Shown here: piece by piece, positions 22,119 through 35,532 of the stretch
Layout: each line of letters opens with the position of its first letter
How positions within the stretch are numbered: position 1 is the first letter of the stretch
Assembly: GCA_030390025.1 (NCBI GenBank)
Contig: CM059431.1
Coordinates: 115,942,001-116,006,000, forward strand
Reading direction: 5' to 3'
DNA from: Squalus acanthias
Taxonomy: Eukaryota
DNA: 64,000 nucleotides
The notes under the pieces: generated by a model
Database searches by the model: none
What the model was told of the DNA's origin: nothing
Seen by the model: the letters and a program-made list of their open reading frames with translations, nothing else
Made by a program: the position numbers and the translations under genes

Positions 22119-22814
22119 AGCCCCGATTTTAACTTGGAGCAGGGGCTGGGGCAAGTTTGCACGATGCCTGGAGAGATTTTAACTCCCGGGCCTCTTTACC
22201 ATGTTGGATGTCCAACTCCAACCCAAACCCAGCAGGAATCGCTACCTACTCGACAGGTGGGAGTCGGATTTCGGGCTGCAGGAGGTCGCCGCCAGGGACC
22301 GAAGGGAACCGCCCCCCCCGACGCGAAGGTAATTAAGCATTTAGGAGCAGGGGAGTCAGCAGTTGATCGAGGTCAACAGAGGGAAGCTCAGACAGAGGAA
22401 GCCCAAGGTTTCCTTGTGGGACACAGAGAAGCACTTCTGCTCCTCCGGGCCCACAAGGAAACTGTGAAAGAACATTTGAATTACCTACGTTGCTGGACTT
22501 CTTCTGACTCCGTTCCTGCTTGCCCATCAGGCTTCACTGGCGGGTCCGGCACTGTGCATGTTGAGTAGGGTTCGGGGTCTAATTGCGATTATGAGTAGGG
22601 TTCAGGGTCTAATTGCGTCACAGAACCCCGGCTTTTATGTATTGATGAGGCACACACCAGCACCGAGGCAGGCAACCCCGATGCTGTTGAAAACCTGGAG
22701 ATTAAAATGGCGGTGGGCAAGGGTTCATTAAGAGCGGAGAGGGAAGTACTCTGTCCCTATTTTAACACCCCACCCATACTTTCTGTTCGGTCGCCAGAGG
22801 TTAAAATCGGGGCT
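22119..22814. mobile_element. Harbinger-type MITE
   Basis: Perfect 15-bp TIR agccccgattttaac / gttaaaatcggggct; flanks taa/gaa. Confidence 0.85.
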
Positions 22815-23130
22815 GAACTGTTTTTCTCTTTCACTCACATTCTCGGTGAAACTCTGGATGGAATGTGTATTAGAAACAGCAGGAATTTCAACAATTAATA
22901 CTGCCATTGCTGAACTTCTTTTCATGTACCTTAGCAATGACATCCACCTTAAAGTGCAAAGGTTCAATGAAATCAGCTTGGTTCTTGATTGTCGTACTTT
23001 GGCTCCCAAACATTGCCACTTGGTTGAATGGTCTTTACAGTTTTATCTAGCTTATGCTGCGGTACTTATAAAAAGTTTCTAACCGCTTTGTACTGCCACT
23101 ACCTATATTTTTAAAAATATAATTATTCAA

Positions 23131-23318
23131 GGGGGTAATTTTAACCTAACTCTTCGGGCGGGAAACCCATGGGATCGGGTGGAACGCTGGTTTTACACCC
23201 GCCCAATATTACTCTCTGCTGACTTCAATGGAGAGTCAAATCGGGTGGGGGTGAAAAACCAGCGTTGCAGCCGATCCCATCAGTTTCCCAACAGGCAGGT
23301 TAGTTTAAAATGACCCTC
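23131..23318. mobile_element. Short hairpin-like Harbinger-type MITE
   Basis: Termini gggggtaattttaa / ttaaaatgaccctc; internal inverted arms (atgggatcgg / ccgatcccat). Confidence 0.75.
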
Positions 23319-24434
23319 AGTCCCGGAAACCATTACAAAGCTAAGAAATTGAAGAAAGAGCTCGTAAAATTTACAAGCAGCTTAGAAAAATAATAATGTG
23401 GCATTACCAAATACTGTGACACTCATTAACTATTTATTGTATTTTTTTTGCTGGTCATGGTGCACCCGCTGCTACAGTTAGCTGATTCCTCAAGCTACAC
23501 ATGATGCCCTGATAGATTGTAGGCCATTTCAGAGATGTTGATTTGCAACTGCAGGTTTTACCTGTGGAACAAAAGGTGGTTTAATATGTAAGCATTTGTA
23601 ACAGGGAGAGCCCTTGGCACTATTCTGTCCCAGCAAGGTCCAAGGTAGCTGGCCGAATAAGTGTTAATATCCTGTAATCGCAGTGCTTGAGGTTCAAAGG
23701 GTGCTAACAGCAAACATCCGATGCACTTAATATCCTGTAGATCATTTTAAATTAATAACGTTGACATTCATAGCTGAGATGAAGGTTTGAATCAGGTTTG
23801 TGAGAGAGGGGCAGGGCCTTCATTCTCAGCAGTCCATTTGATGGACAGTCCTGTCGTCAGGAGCTGCTAGTTATGGGTTTATGTTTGGCAGCCTGTGGCC
23901 TGCTCAGTAATCGGTCTGAGGCTGTCCGGGATACGATGCTAATCGGAGGATAGTGTATAGCCACGTAAGAAGTGAGCGGCCATGATTCAAGGTCAGTTTT
24001 AGGTTGAGCGCTGGTGCAGGAGAAGCGTCTTGTGTTGTTTTTGACATTTTGAGGAGAATAGTAAAGTTTGTAATTACTGCAAGTATTCTGTTTGCACTGA
24101 GCATTGTTTTTTTGTCTGTTTAACTATTCAATAAAGGTATCTAGTGGTTTATAAATTGAACTGTGGTCTGATAAACTATGTATTCTTCAGCATACCAAGG
24201 TTCAGGAGATCACCTGCTATTTGTATTAAGAAGTGACAAGGGTTCTCTGGTTGACCCCTGGGTCTGATTACCTAGATGTTGGCCAGGGAAATGCTCAGTC
24301 TAGCTCACAGGGGACACAAAGTCCACTTATGGGAGTAGCCAGCGATATTGAATCTGAAGAAACTATATAGCATAAAAAACCCAAGATGGAACAATTCACT
24401 TAAAATATTTTCCTGAAACAGCTCTCTGCTGTTA

Positions 24435-24716
24435 GGAACAGGAGTAGGCCATTCAGCCCCTCGGGCCTGCTCAGCCACTCAATTAGATCATGGCTAATCT
24501 GCACCCCACCTCCATTTTCCTGCCTTTGCTCCATATCCCTTGATACCCTTACCTAACAAAAATCGATCAAAGTTGAGTTTTGAAAGCTCCGATTATCCCA
24601 GCAGCCACAGCCTTTTGAGGATAGAGAGTTCCAGATTTCTACTACCCTATGTGTGAAAAAGTGCCTCCTGATTATCTAGAGAAAAGAGAATCAGAAGTGT
24701 GCCTTTCAATGGCATT
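24435..24716 (-). mobile_element. CR1 3' terminal fragment
   Basis: aggaacaggagtaggccattcagccc... is the reverse of the CR1 3' UTR and ORF2 end. Confidence 0.8.
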
Positions 24717-24889
24717 GGCCCCAATTTTAAAGGAGGGGTACGGTGCGACGACCCTGGGCTTTGATCTACGGTGACCTCCAACTTGCGTCAATTTAGCCAT
24801 CATCCTTCTGCATCGCTCCCGACTCTCATTCCCACAGCAACAACCTCCATCCTCGAACTCTCTACCCTTCAAATAACTTCTGGACTTCA

Positions 24890-27772
24890 CTCACCTGCTT
24901 TGGACAGCGGTTCGTCGATGCTCCGTACCGGCCCCATCCTGCTTACATCGGCTTGTCCTTCCATGGGACCTCTGACTTTGACCCTGGTCTCCCTACTATT
25001 GTCCCCAACCTATTCCCTGCTACCAGCAAATATGTATTCCATTAATTATTACATTTAAACCGCTCTATGTAACCTGAGCTTTTCCCGTGTCCATTCGCGT
25101 GCGCACTTTGGCTGCCGCTCCGGACCCGAGCCATTCCACTTTTACCCCCTATTTTCCTTTTCTCTCTATCCCTCCCTGACTGCTCTCTCCTGTTGTCATG
25201 CCTCCTTTCATCTCTCCTCTCTCGGATACACTGCCCTCCCAAATCCCTACCCCGATCCTTCATTACTCTTCGACCTTCCTACTCTCCTGCCGCCGTCCCA
25301 GGCTTGCTTCCTCTTAGATAAGCCCACAGCTTCCCTCTGTGCCTCTCTTGGCATCCTATGAAGGGCCCATTGAGGCACTCGTCACTGCCGCCTTACGAGC
25401 AGCAACCCCAACTGTCCCATCCTACTCTCTCGCCGACCTTCCCACCCAGCGCGCCCACTGGGGGCAAATCTTGCCAATCTCCTCCCCATCCAACTCATCC
25501 GCCCCAGCACTGACCCTGTGGATGCTAGCAGTGGGGCAGACATCACTGACCCTCTCTGCATCTCCCTCCAGAATGTCCGTTCACTTGCGAACAAGGTCCT
25601 TGCCATCCATGAGCTTATTGTGGATGACTGCATCAAAATCATAGCCCTGACAGAAACTTGGTTGAGGGGTGATGACATCTTACCCTTAAATGAAGCCTCC
25701 CCGCCTGGCTATACCTTCCACCACTTGCCCCGCTCAGACCATCATGGTGACGGTGTGGCTCTCATCACCAAATCACAACTTGGTTTGTCCCCCTATTCCT
25801 CCAGCAGTTTCTCCTCCTTTGAGCATCTCACCTTATTCCACCCCTCTCACCTCTCATTTAAAATTCTTGTTCTCTACCGCCCACCCAAGTACCACAAAAA
25901 TGTTATTACTGAGATATCTTCACTGTTCTCCTCCCTCAGCCTCTGCACTGAACAACTTCTCATTCTTGGTGATTTCAACCACCATTTCAATTCATCATGC
26001 TCTCTCTCCTCTGAGTTCACTAGCCTCCTATCCTCCCTTAATCTCTCCCTCCATGTAAACTCCCCAACTCATATTCACGGCCACCCCCTCGACCTTGCCA
26101 TCTCTCGTGGCCTTGCTACTCCCATCGTGTCAATTGCAGATAAGGCCATCTCTGACCATTTCCTCGTATCGTTCTCCACCCACATCTCCCAACCACCCCC
26201 CACCCCCCTCCAACCCTACTTCCTTCTGTGTCCGCCCCTGGAAAAAACTCTCTCCCAACTCTCTTACAACTGCACTTATGAAATCCCAATTGTCCAACCT
26301 CTGGCCCACCATTCACCATGACATTTCTGCAGCTACCGATCTGCTCAACCACACCCTCACCGCCACCTTTGATGCCCTAAACCCTACTAAAACAATTACC
26401 CTCTCTCACCATCGCTGTTCCCCCTGGTACAGCACTCATCTTCGCTCACTTAAGTCCAAGGGACGCAGACTCGAACGGATATGGCGGACAACTGGTTTAG
26501 CCATTCACCGCCAGATCTGGCTGGACCACATAAAGCATTATTGGGCCCTGCTCTCGTCTGCCAAAATTGCTCACTATTCCAGAATCATCCAGAAAGATAA
26601 ACCCCAGCTCCTATTCTCTACTGCTAACCATCTTCTTAAGCCCTCTCCCCTGTCTCCTCCACCCTCACCTCCGATAACAAGTGTGAGGAGCTCATGGACT
26701 TCTTTGTCTTTAAGATTGAGACCATCCATTCAGCTGCCTCTGCCACTTCCCTTCATTCCCCTAGCCCACTGGACCAAACTTCCTCTAAGGTTCCCCCCTG
26801 CCCTAGCCCTGAACTCACATCTTTCTCCAGTTTCTCTCTGATTTCCCTTCTTGACCTCTCTACGCTCATCCTGTCCATGAGACCCACCTCCTGCTCCCTC
26901 GACCCTATTCCCACCAAACTGCTGACCACCCAACTTCCTTTTCTGGCTCCCATGTTAGCTGATATTGTTAATGGTTCTCTCTCTCAGGTACTGTCCCCCT
27001 CTCGCTCAAATCTGCCGTCATCATCCCTCTCCTCAAAAAAACAACCCTTGATCCCTCCATCCTTGCAAACTACCTCCCCATCTCCAACCTCCCTTTCCTC
27101 TCCAAAGTCCTTGAACATGTTGTCGCCTTCCAAATCTGTGTCCATCTTTCCCGCAATTCCATGTTTGAATCCCTCCAATCAGCTTTCCACCCTTGCCACA
27201 GTACCAAAACAGCTCTCATCAAAGTCACAAGTGACATCCTTTGTGACTGTGACAAAGGTAAACTATCCCTCCTCATCCTTCTTGACTTGTCTGCAGCCTT
27301 TGACATGATATACCACTCCATCCTTCTCCAACGCCTCTCCATCGTCGTCCAGCTGGGTGGGACTGCACTCACCTGGTTCCATTCTTATCTATCTAACCTG
27401 AACCAGAGAATCACCTGCAACGGCTTCTCTTCCTGCTTCCGCATCATTACCTCTGGTGTCCCCCAAGGATCTATCCTTGGCCCCCTTGAGCATCCTTGAT
27501 TATAATCGCTCAACCTTTGGTGGCCTGTGCCTTCTGTTGCCTCGGCCCTAAGCTCTGGAATTCCCTGCCTAAACCTGTCCGCCTCGCTACCTCTCTTTCC
27601 TCCTTTAAGATGCTCCAAAAAACCTACCTCTTTGACCAAGCTTTTGGTCACCTGCCCTAATTTATCCTTATGTGGATCGGTGTCAATTTTTTTGTCTTAA
27701 AATACTCCTGTGCAGCGCCTTGGGATGTTTTACTACGTTAAAGCTGCTATATAAATACAAGTTGTTGTTGCT
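24890..27772 (+). mobile_element. L2-clade LINE, frameshifted, internally deleted after GVPQG, probably inserted in a MITE (~24717-28170)
   Basis: APE motifs QNVRSL, LTETWL, YRPP, GDFN and SDH. RT motifs LDPIPTKLL, LLILLDLSAAFD and GVPQGSILGPL. L2 tail gctatataaatacaagttgttgttg. Confidence 0.9.
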
Positions 27773-28198
27773 GATGATCATAAGGGGAGGGGGAATTTGG
27801 TGGCAGGAGACTGCAGCCGGGGCCCCAGGTAAGTGGTGAGGGAGGGGGGCCTCTGAACCCGATCAGGGAGAGTGGGGGTGGGAGGGGGTGCAAGGGAGGC
27901 CCAAGTTTTCCTCGTGAGGCCCAGAAGGCCACTCCTACTCCACCTGGCCCACAAGGAAACCTAAAATTAAATTGAATTACTTAACCTGCCTGGGCCTCTT
28001 CTGGCCCACGATTCACCTCCTGGAAGGTCTGGCCTGATGGAGAAGCCATCACTGCTGCCCTGCTCAGGCCTCCGATTAACATTGCAGTTTGGGTGCCAAA
28101 GATGTCATCGGGCCCTGAACTGCATATTTTAAAAAGGACCCCTCTGCCTTCCTGCGGGTGTCCTGCTCGCCTGCTCAAAAGACAAATGATATGTGTAC

Positions 28199-28328
28199 CT
28201 CTGCCTGTAGGTTGTAATGTGAGGGTACTGGCAGTACGTGCAACCTGACCTGCTTGGCATCTCTCCATTGGTCCTTTTCTTCCAACAAATAAAGGGCCTG
28301 CACAATTGCCCCAAAGGCACCTGACAAC
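28199..28328 (-). CDS. Candidate internal exon of an unidentified host gene
   Basis: Acceptor tttctctttttgcttcctgttgcatcgtag|; reads (R)LSGAFGAIVQALYLLEEKDQWRDAKQVRLHVLPVPSHYNLQAE|gtacac. An alternative phase-0 donor follows AKQ|gtcagg. Both are phase-compatible with exon 1-87. Confidence 0.45.
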
Positions 28329-29738
28329 CTACGATGCAACAGGAAGCAAAAAGAGAAATAACCACCCAATAGCTCCCACAAATATAATAAAGGTCTTTAA
28401 AATAACATATAGAAAGACCACAATCCCTAGAAACCTTGGACAACCATTTTGTATAGACAGAAACATGAAACGTATGAACGTGCATGCTGGGAAATTGTAT
28501 GCATTTCATTACAAGGCCACTTTGAGATCTTTGCATGGACCCATCCATGAACTTGGAGATGGCTCTGGTGTGCTTTAACATAGTATTGCGAAATTGGACA
28601 TTACGTTAAATGAGGGGAGATCGGCGTCGCGAGCCTCTGTCCAATTTGCATCCATTTGTCGATGAAACTGTTTGAAAATGTCAACATATTTACCCGTCTG
28701 AGCAAAATCAGCCTCACTCGGAAAAATCATCAGAGTCTTCAAAATTCTTGTGAGCTACCTATCCTGGAGCTTATAGTTTTGGCAGTCAGAAGACTGTAGG
28801 AGGCAGAACAGTATGTTCTGTAATAGCCGCTTGAAGGTAATTCTCCACTGCACCATGGTACACATTCACATCATCGAATCGCTCTATGTTTGACTGTCAG
28901 AATTTGGTACGCAACCTTCTCATTACCATGGAAACCAAATTGCATTTTTAAAAAAAAGGTAATTTTATTTAAATTCTTCAGGCAAAGCTCTCCTCAATTT
29001 AATATCTGTTAAATCCTAGCACACATATATTAAAGTAATTAATTATAATATAGTTAATATCATTGCATGCACTCCACATACATTCCAGCAAAATTCTCAC
29101 TTGTTAATCTTGAAAGAATCATCAAATACATTTTTTATTCAATTCTTCTGACTGCAGAAAATTAAAATACATTGCAAATGTTAATATTTTTTTAATGCGA
29201 CTTTACTTTGTTCAGTTAACATAAACATAGATTTTCAGCCACTGCAATTTATGCAGATTTTGATATCAGTGGTCCCCATAGCGATCCATTTCATTTCTGT
29301 ATCTATCTGCCCATCTGTGTTCTGTTTAGTTCGGCTCCTCTCTCGGAATACAGGATCGTTTCTTTGTTCAGATTTTCTCCTCTGACTTTTTACTCGTATT
29401 CCAGTCTGTTCCCTTGCATTCCCTTCTTGTACAGCCTTTGCTAGCGCTGGAAGTGTGAAAGTGACCATGAAAATGTTAAAAGGCAACACAAACAGAAATG
29501 TGAAACAAAGATAGGAATAAATGAGCAAAGGTCACTTTGGATGAGTGTGTAGTATATTATCCAACACACTAGGAGCTACAATACATTTAGGAATCAAGGT
29601 GCTGAAATTAGGATGTGGGAGACTGATAACAAATTTGCCTGCAATTTCGCTCTTGTTTTAAAATGTTTATCTTAAACAGCCTAATGCTTCCCTTATAATA
29701 GCAGAGGGAGAAATTTTAGATGACAGTATAAAGAGTTT

Positions 29739-31140
29739 GGGGGTTAAATTGGATAACCCCCGAAAATGGCTGCAGGGATTGCAATGCCCGCACCCGTTGA
29801 TTGAAATGCAGGCAGGGTGGCACCTTAGTGCTGCCTGTGAGTTTTCATGATTTCTGCGCGCAGCCAGTGCTCTCCATGCATTGGCTGCACACATCAGCAG
29901 GGGGCCCAATATCGTGAGTGCCTAGCACCACTTAAAGCTAGCCTGCGCCTCTTAAAGGGGAGGTGCATTGTGGCTGCTGGTGGTGTTGAGATCATTCTGA
30001 ATATTGTGCTGTGGAAGAATCAACAATGGCTGACCATGGGAGAGAGCGGGCACCAAGGTTTTCAGATGCTGCACTGGAGGTCTTGGTAGAAGAGGTGGAA
30101 AGAAGGAGAGATGTCCTGTATCATCAGGGGGGCTGGAGGCCCTCCAGACATATACTCAGAAGGCAGTGGCAAGATAGCGGCGGAGGTCAATGCTGGGAGT
30201 ATAGCCCAAGGACTTGGATGCAGTGCAGGAAAAAGTTTAATGATCTCACATGAGTTGTCAAGGTAAGTGAGCACATCTTCAAATGCCATATCCTACCAAC
30301 TGCACCATTAGCCTCATCCACTGCTCAATTCACTACACCCCCATCACTCACCTATTAACAATCTCTATCAATCAGGACTCATACCTAACATACATATGCT
30401 ATACCTCACGCTCATACACTTAGCAATGCTGCAGGCCTCAAACCCACATCTCACAGCTTGCATACACTGGCAGCTATTCAACCATGATAGCCACATCAGC
30501 CAAACAGATTGCACGACACTCACTTCCCTCTTGTTTGCTGGAGAAGGTGGCGCATAACAACAGGCAGCAGAATTAACGGGAGGGGGAGAGGTGCATCTGC
30601 ATGTTTTAACCCCTAGGGAGGAGACAGTACTGCCCATTGCTGAGGCCATGGCCACCAGCGGGGCTGTAACCATTGAATATGACGGTATCTGCATACCAAA
30701 TCCTCCTTCTCTCATCCCACTTCTCCGTCATCCCTCAATCTCTTCTGACTTAAAAGCTGCAGAGGGTGTAAGCATGCACTTCTTACTTTCTCCTCTCCCC
30801 TCACCACAACTGGACACTTTTCCCTTTGTCCTTTCAGATACCCAAGAACTGGAACCTGCCCAAGGCAGTGGAGGAAGAGCCAGAAAAAGTGAAGATGAAG
30901 GAACACTGTCAATCGATTTCATACTCGCAGATTCTGACACTGCGCCTAATTTAGAGGCTAGGACAGTGGCGGGACCTGCATGGGGTGAGACACCGGGCAC
31001 AAGTGCGCTGGAGCCAGGGCAGGAAGAAAGGATAGCGCAGGTGCCAGCTCGCTGGAGGGCGAGGTCACACACTAGCTCTGCTGCAGAGGAGTCGGATGAG
31101 GACTTCGATGGGCCATGCTACAGAAGATGGCTGATGGAGG
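29739..31140 (+). mobile_element. Truncated Harbinger: terminus plus degraded Myb/SANT gene (exon 1 30026-30262)
   Basis: Terminus gggggttaaattgg; RAPRFSDAALEVLVEEVERRRDVLY...RTWMQCRKKFNDLT, donor aag|gtaagt. Confidence 0.85.
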
Positions 31141-32039
31141 AACTGTGCAGTTAAAGCTATTCTATACCTAACCTATACCATAAATAACTCCTTAAAGTCA
31201 ATAAAAAAATCTAATGTATTAGTCATTCTTTTTAGTAGCTCCATGGGCGGTGCTCCATTTAGCTATCTCACTTGGCAATGGCAGTGTAAAACAGGGAACT
31301 GATGACCCAAGGTCTGGTATCCCATTATATGTTTCGCTTTTTGATGTTGAAGCAATCCTCTTTGAAGGTCAGACGAATTCTTCTTTATGGTCAAGCAATT
31401 AAGATATTAACTATTTCTAACACTTAAGTAGATATGGTGAGAACAGCAGTCTCCTGGCCATCTGGCGGCTCATTTGCTTTCGCTACCTAACTGCACCAGA
31501 AGCCATTCTGAATGTCTGATTTACGAATGAAAGTAAAATACACATTGTTTTTCCAAGCACAATTAATCCAATTATTCCTATCATAAAATGCCACGATATA
31601 TCTGGCTGATTTATGTATCAAACAACCTGACTGCTGTCACGTAGGTAATTCGTAGAAACTGCTGGTATTCTCTGGACAGTTTTTTGTATTGCGCTGCCCC
31701 TGGTGACAAAGTCAAAGGAACTCTCTGATAAAATATAGCTAACCAATTTGTTTTCATCTGACCATCTGAAGTCATATAAAAATACAGAAATTTCCCCTCT
31801 GATGTACAACGAAGCTTTGCTTTTGCCACAGTCTATAATGTCCAAATAGGATTTTCTGCAAGTGAAACAACCATTGATATGTTATTTCTGTTGTATTTAT
31901 TGAAATCTATGGCAGATATCTTGGTTTATGATACACAACATTCATTTCTGTGGTTGGTTTTAATTTTTAGTAATAACTTTTTATCTCTCCTCTGACTCAT
32001 TCCAGGGTACTGGGTCCAAGTGACCAACCTTTAGACAGT

Positions 32040-33136
32040 CAGGGGGGAGTTTTTTGGGGGGTCAGCGGTGTGGTGCCAACCTGGCTCATCATGTAGCAGC
32101 CAGAGTGTACAGCGTCAAGTGAAGTAAATCTGGCCATGGTGAGGTCATCCTTGGCGTCTCGGGCAGCAATGTGGTCGGTTGGTGGCGGGTCGGGTGGGAA
32201 TTTATTTTTTTGACAATGGGTAGCGAACCCGCTGTTAAACTGCCTCCACACTAGTTTTCCAGATGTCGGGTCTGTCATTGCTGAACAGATCCGACACCAA
32301 GTGGCGGGGAAGGCAATTTAGATTATTAAGAGCTTGTTTACAGGCACTTAAAAACTATTTTAAGCTCACCTTTAGATTTTAAGAGTTCGCCCACGGCTTC
32401 CCCGCTGCTCGGGGATCACGTCAGGTAAGCAGGTCGGGAGTTGTGTCAGCATGGGATGATTTCTTAACTTGACAGCGGCAAATGTTCTATAAAAGCTCCC
32501 ATTTCAGAGCTGTAAGTTGGTGTGAGTAAGGATGTGCAGGAGTAGGGCAGGGAAGGCAGAGTGATGGGGATGTGATGAGTGGCACAGCAGGATGAGGTTG
32601 AGTGTGGCTTTGCAGTAACGTTTCGTTATTTACTGAGATCATTGAAAGGTTTGCGCCACTGCAGCCTGGTCCTCTGAACAACATCCCTGCTTGTGCCCTC
32701 CTGTGCAATGTGCAACCAGGCTGTGCAACTTCTGGGGAGGTCTCTTCCGCCCGTGAGAAGGGAAGAGAACCTCCCTGCGTGCTGTGACTCCCTCCATAAT
32801 CACATGGCGGGAGTCATGGGAGAGCCTGGGTGCAGGCGGCACCTCTGTGCAGTGCTTGTCAGTGTTTGCAGCACATCAATGCTGTAGGACACTGACAGCA
32901 CAACTGTCAAAATCAATTTGCGCATGGTCCCTTTAAGGAAACCGGCTGATGACGCATCTTCAAGTGATGTCATCAGACCTGCCTCCTTCAATTGGCTGGG
33001 AAACGCGCTGGGTGGGCTTAACAAGCCCAATCAGCGTAAGATCACTATGGACAGCAGTTTGGAGCCAGCAGCGGGGTCGCACCCTGCCACTGACCCCGGC
33101 CGCACTGGACCCGCTGAGGTAGGTGAAATCGCGGCC
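32040..33136 (-). mobile_element. Rearranged Harbinger derivative (Myb exon 1 remnant plus transposase C-terminal remnant)
   Basis: APRLSHDSRHVIMEGVTARREVLFP (32639-32842); HIAARDAKDDLTMARFT (~32120-32175); terminus gaaatcgcggcc at 33136. Confidence 0.7.
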
Positions 33137-33472
33137 TGAGTGTTGGTAGCTATTTGACCGTGGGGAGCATCACAGTCAAGCTTGATCCTGCCCTAACATG
33201 ATGTCCGCACACATGCTCTTTGATTTCCCTAGACAAAGGCCATTGAAGCCAATCATGGTAACCTCCTCATGCTGCAATCAGCTACTCTTTCCTGCCCTGG
33301 TCCATATGAACTATTTCCACATTTAATAAATTCACTAAATCAACCATTGGAGCAATTTTTTTTTGTTAGTTTTGTCATTTTATTTTGCATTCGCAGTAAG
33401 GGTGGCAAACTGTCCTAAGAATATGTGATGTAAAATACATTTCCTGAAACTGTCCTCTGTATTAAACTAATA

Positions 33473-34316
33473 GGGCTAGATTTTGAAACTGGGGACGGGA
33501 TGGAGGCGGGACTCCCACTTTTTGGGTTGTAGACCTGCCTCCATCGACTTGTGGCCAACCCACTGTATTTTCACTTGATTGACCTTGTTGAGCGCGCCCA
33601 GCGGGCTCAGCAGGCCAATTAAGGGCCACCCGGCAACAGGTGACGTCACAGATTGACATTTCATCTATCAAGAGCTTTTGACAGATGAAATATTAGCGTT
33701 TGACAGCTCCTTGAAGCTGTCAAACACTGACAATCTGTACTCTAAGTTAATTCCTTGCTCTCAGGCTGATTTAGAGCTCTCTGCAGAACAAAAACCAGAG
33801 GCTATAGCTTTTGACAGCTCAACGGCCATTCTGCTTTCTGTGCCGGTGAGATTTCTGACTCCCGAGACCTGAAGGGCTGACACCTGCAGGAGGAAGTTAA
33901 GGTAAGTAAAACTTTTTTCCACACTTTACACTTACCTTACACACTTACCTCTGCACACATGCACCCATCACTCACCTGCCCACCGGACATATCGACCCCT
34001 CCAACCCCTGCAGACCCACGGTCCGCCTCGCTGAAACGGCGTGGTTGGGACCTGTCGGAGAGCCCACATTTCAGGCATAAAAATAGGGATTAGGCAAAAT
34101 ACTGCCTGTTAACTACCTGTTAGCAGGCAGTTTATTGCCATTAATCCCCTTCCCGCCTCGGGGAGGCTGGTCCCAGCACAGGTCGGGTACCCGCCTCCAG
34201 CGAAACTGGCATGGAGGTGGGTTGGGGGCGGGATGGGTACGGGACCCCCGATTCAGCTATTTTCAATCCAGTCCCACCTCCAAACCCGCCTCCACGGCTC
34301 AATGAAAATTCTGCCC
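33473..34316. mobile_element. Harbinger-type MITE
   Basis: TIR gggctagatttt / aaaattctgccc; flanks ata/tta; subterminal ccaaacccgcc shared with copy A. Confidence 0.8.
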
Positions 34317-34379
34317 TTACTATTTCAGGTTAGCATCTTTGGTGTTCCACATGTGGCGCCGAGCTGACATAATACAGGT

Positions 34380-34768
34380 TTGCTTCAGTGGTAGCACTCT
34401 TACATCTGAGTCACAAAGCCTATTTCAAGCCCCCGTGTAAAACTGAATAATCTAGGTCTGATGCTGACAGCAACTGCAATGTCGGAGGTGCTGTCTTTTG
34501 GAAGATACATTAAACTGAGCATAAAAGATCCCGTGGCCCTATTCGAAGGAAAGCAGCGATTTTCTGATGGTGTCCTGGCGATTATTTAGCCCTCAACTAG
34601 TACCGCCATAAACCAATAATCTGGTCATTTATCTTATTGCTGTATATGGGACCTTGCTGTGTGCAAATTGGTTGCCGTGTTTTGTTATGAAGCAACAGTA
34701 ACTATACTTCAAAAGTAATTCATTGGCTGTAAATTGCTTTGCGACTTCCAGATGATGTGAAAGACATT
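34380..34768 (+). mobile_element. Degraded DeuSINE (SacSINE1-like)
   Basis: Similar to the reverse complement of 58937-59406 (ggtagcactct, gtcggaggtgctgtc, taaaagatccc). Confidence 0.7.
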
Positions 34769-35532
34769 GGCCCAAAAATTCGGCCCTTCCCGCGTGAATA
34801 CACAGTGTGTACTCACCTGTATTGCTTCCCGAAGTGCCGGTTTCCTGCATGCACTGCGCATGCGCGGGAAACCGGAACTTCCAGTCTGGTGAAGGGGGCA
34901 GTTCCTAGGTGAACCGCGTGCGCACTAGAGGCTGCGCACACGCAGCACACTTAGATTTTTTTTCAGGTTTCTACGCGAGGGTAAGTATTGAAGATACTAC
35001 GCTAATAAAAAGGAGGCGTAAGACCCCTTTTGAACAAGGTAAGTGGTTAATTAAGTATAATTTTAAATTTTTTTCAACAGGTTTATCTTTTTTAGATACT
35101 TTAAAGAAAGGTAAGTTTATTTTTATAACTTTTAAAAAGTATTTTAATTTTTTCAAAAGTTTTAATTTTTGTTTAAAGTGGTTAATTTATTTAACTATAG
35201 TTATTTTATAAATGTGATGGTTTTTTTTTAAAATTTATTTTAAGTTTAGCTGTTCTTTTGGGGCCGATTTCAATTCACAGATTTGACAGGTCCCTGTCAA
35301 ATCTATGAATGAAAGATAGTCTGCTGCCATTGGCGCTCCATGGCCCACGTGATCCCAGGGGTCGCATCGCACTAACTGCGCCCCTGGAACACGCAAGCAC
35401 TGCACGCCGGCAGTTGGGAGAGGCCCAGGACCCGAAGTTCCCGTGGACCCAAAACACAACGGCAGGCGCGGTAGGTAAGAGCACGCGCGATCCTTACCCC
35501 CGCGGCAAGCCGGACACGCAAATTTCTGGGCC
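34769..35532. mobile_element. Harbinger-type MITE
   Basis: TIR ggcccaaaaatt / aatttctgggcc; GC-rich ends and AT-rich core. Confidence 0.75.

Noticed and set aside
23587..24350. Possible solo LTR (TG start, AATAAA near 24130)
   Set aside because: No matching CA end with a TSD found, and no second copy in the window.
31630..31765. Further minus-strand exon candidates (also ~29240-29446 and ~54330-54381)
   Set aside because: Plausible acceptors, but weak or absent donors and ambiguous frames; not supportable without homology.
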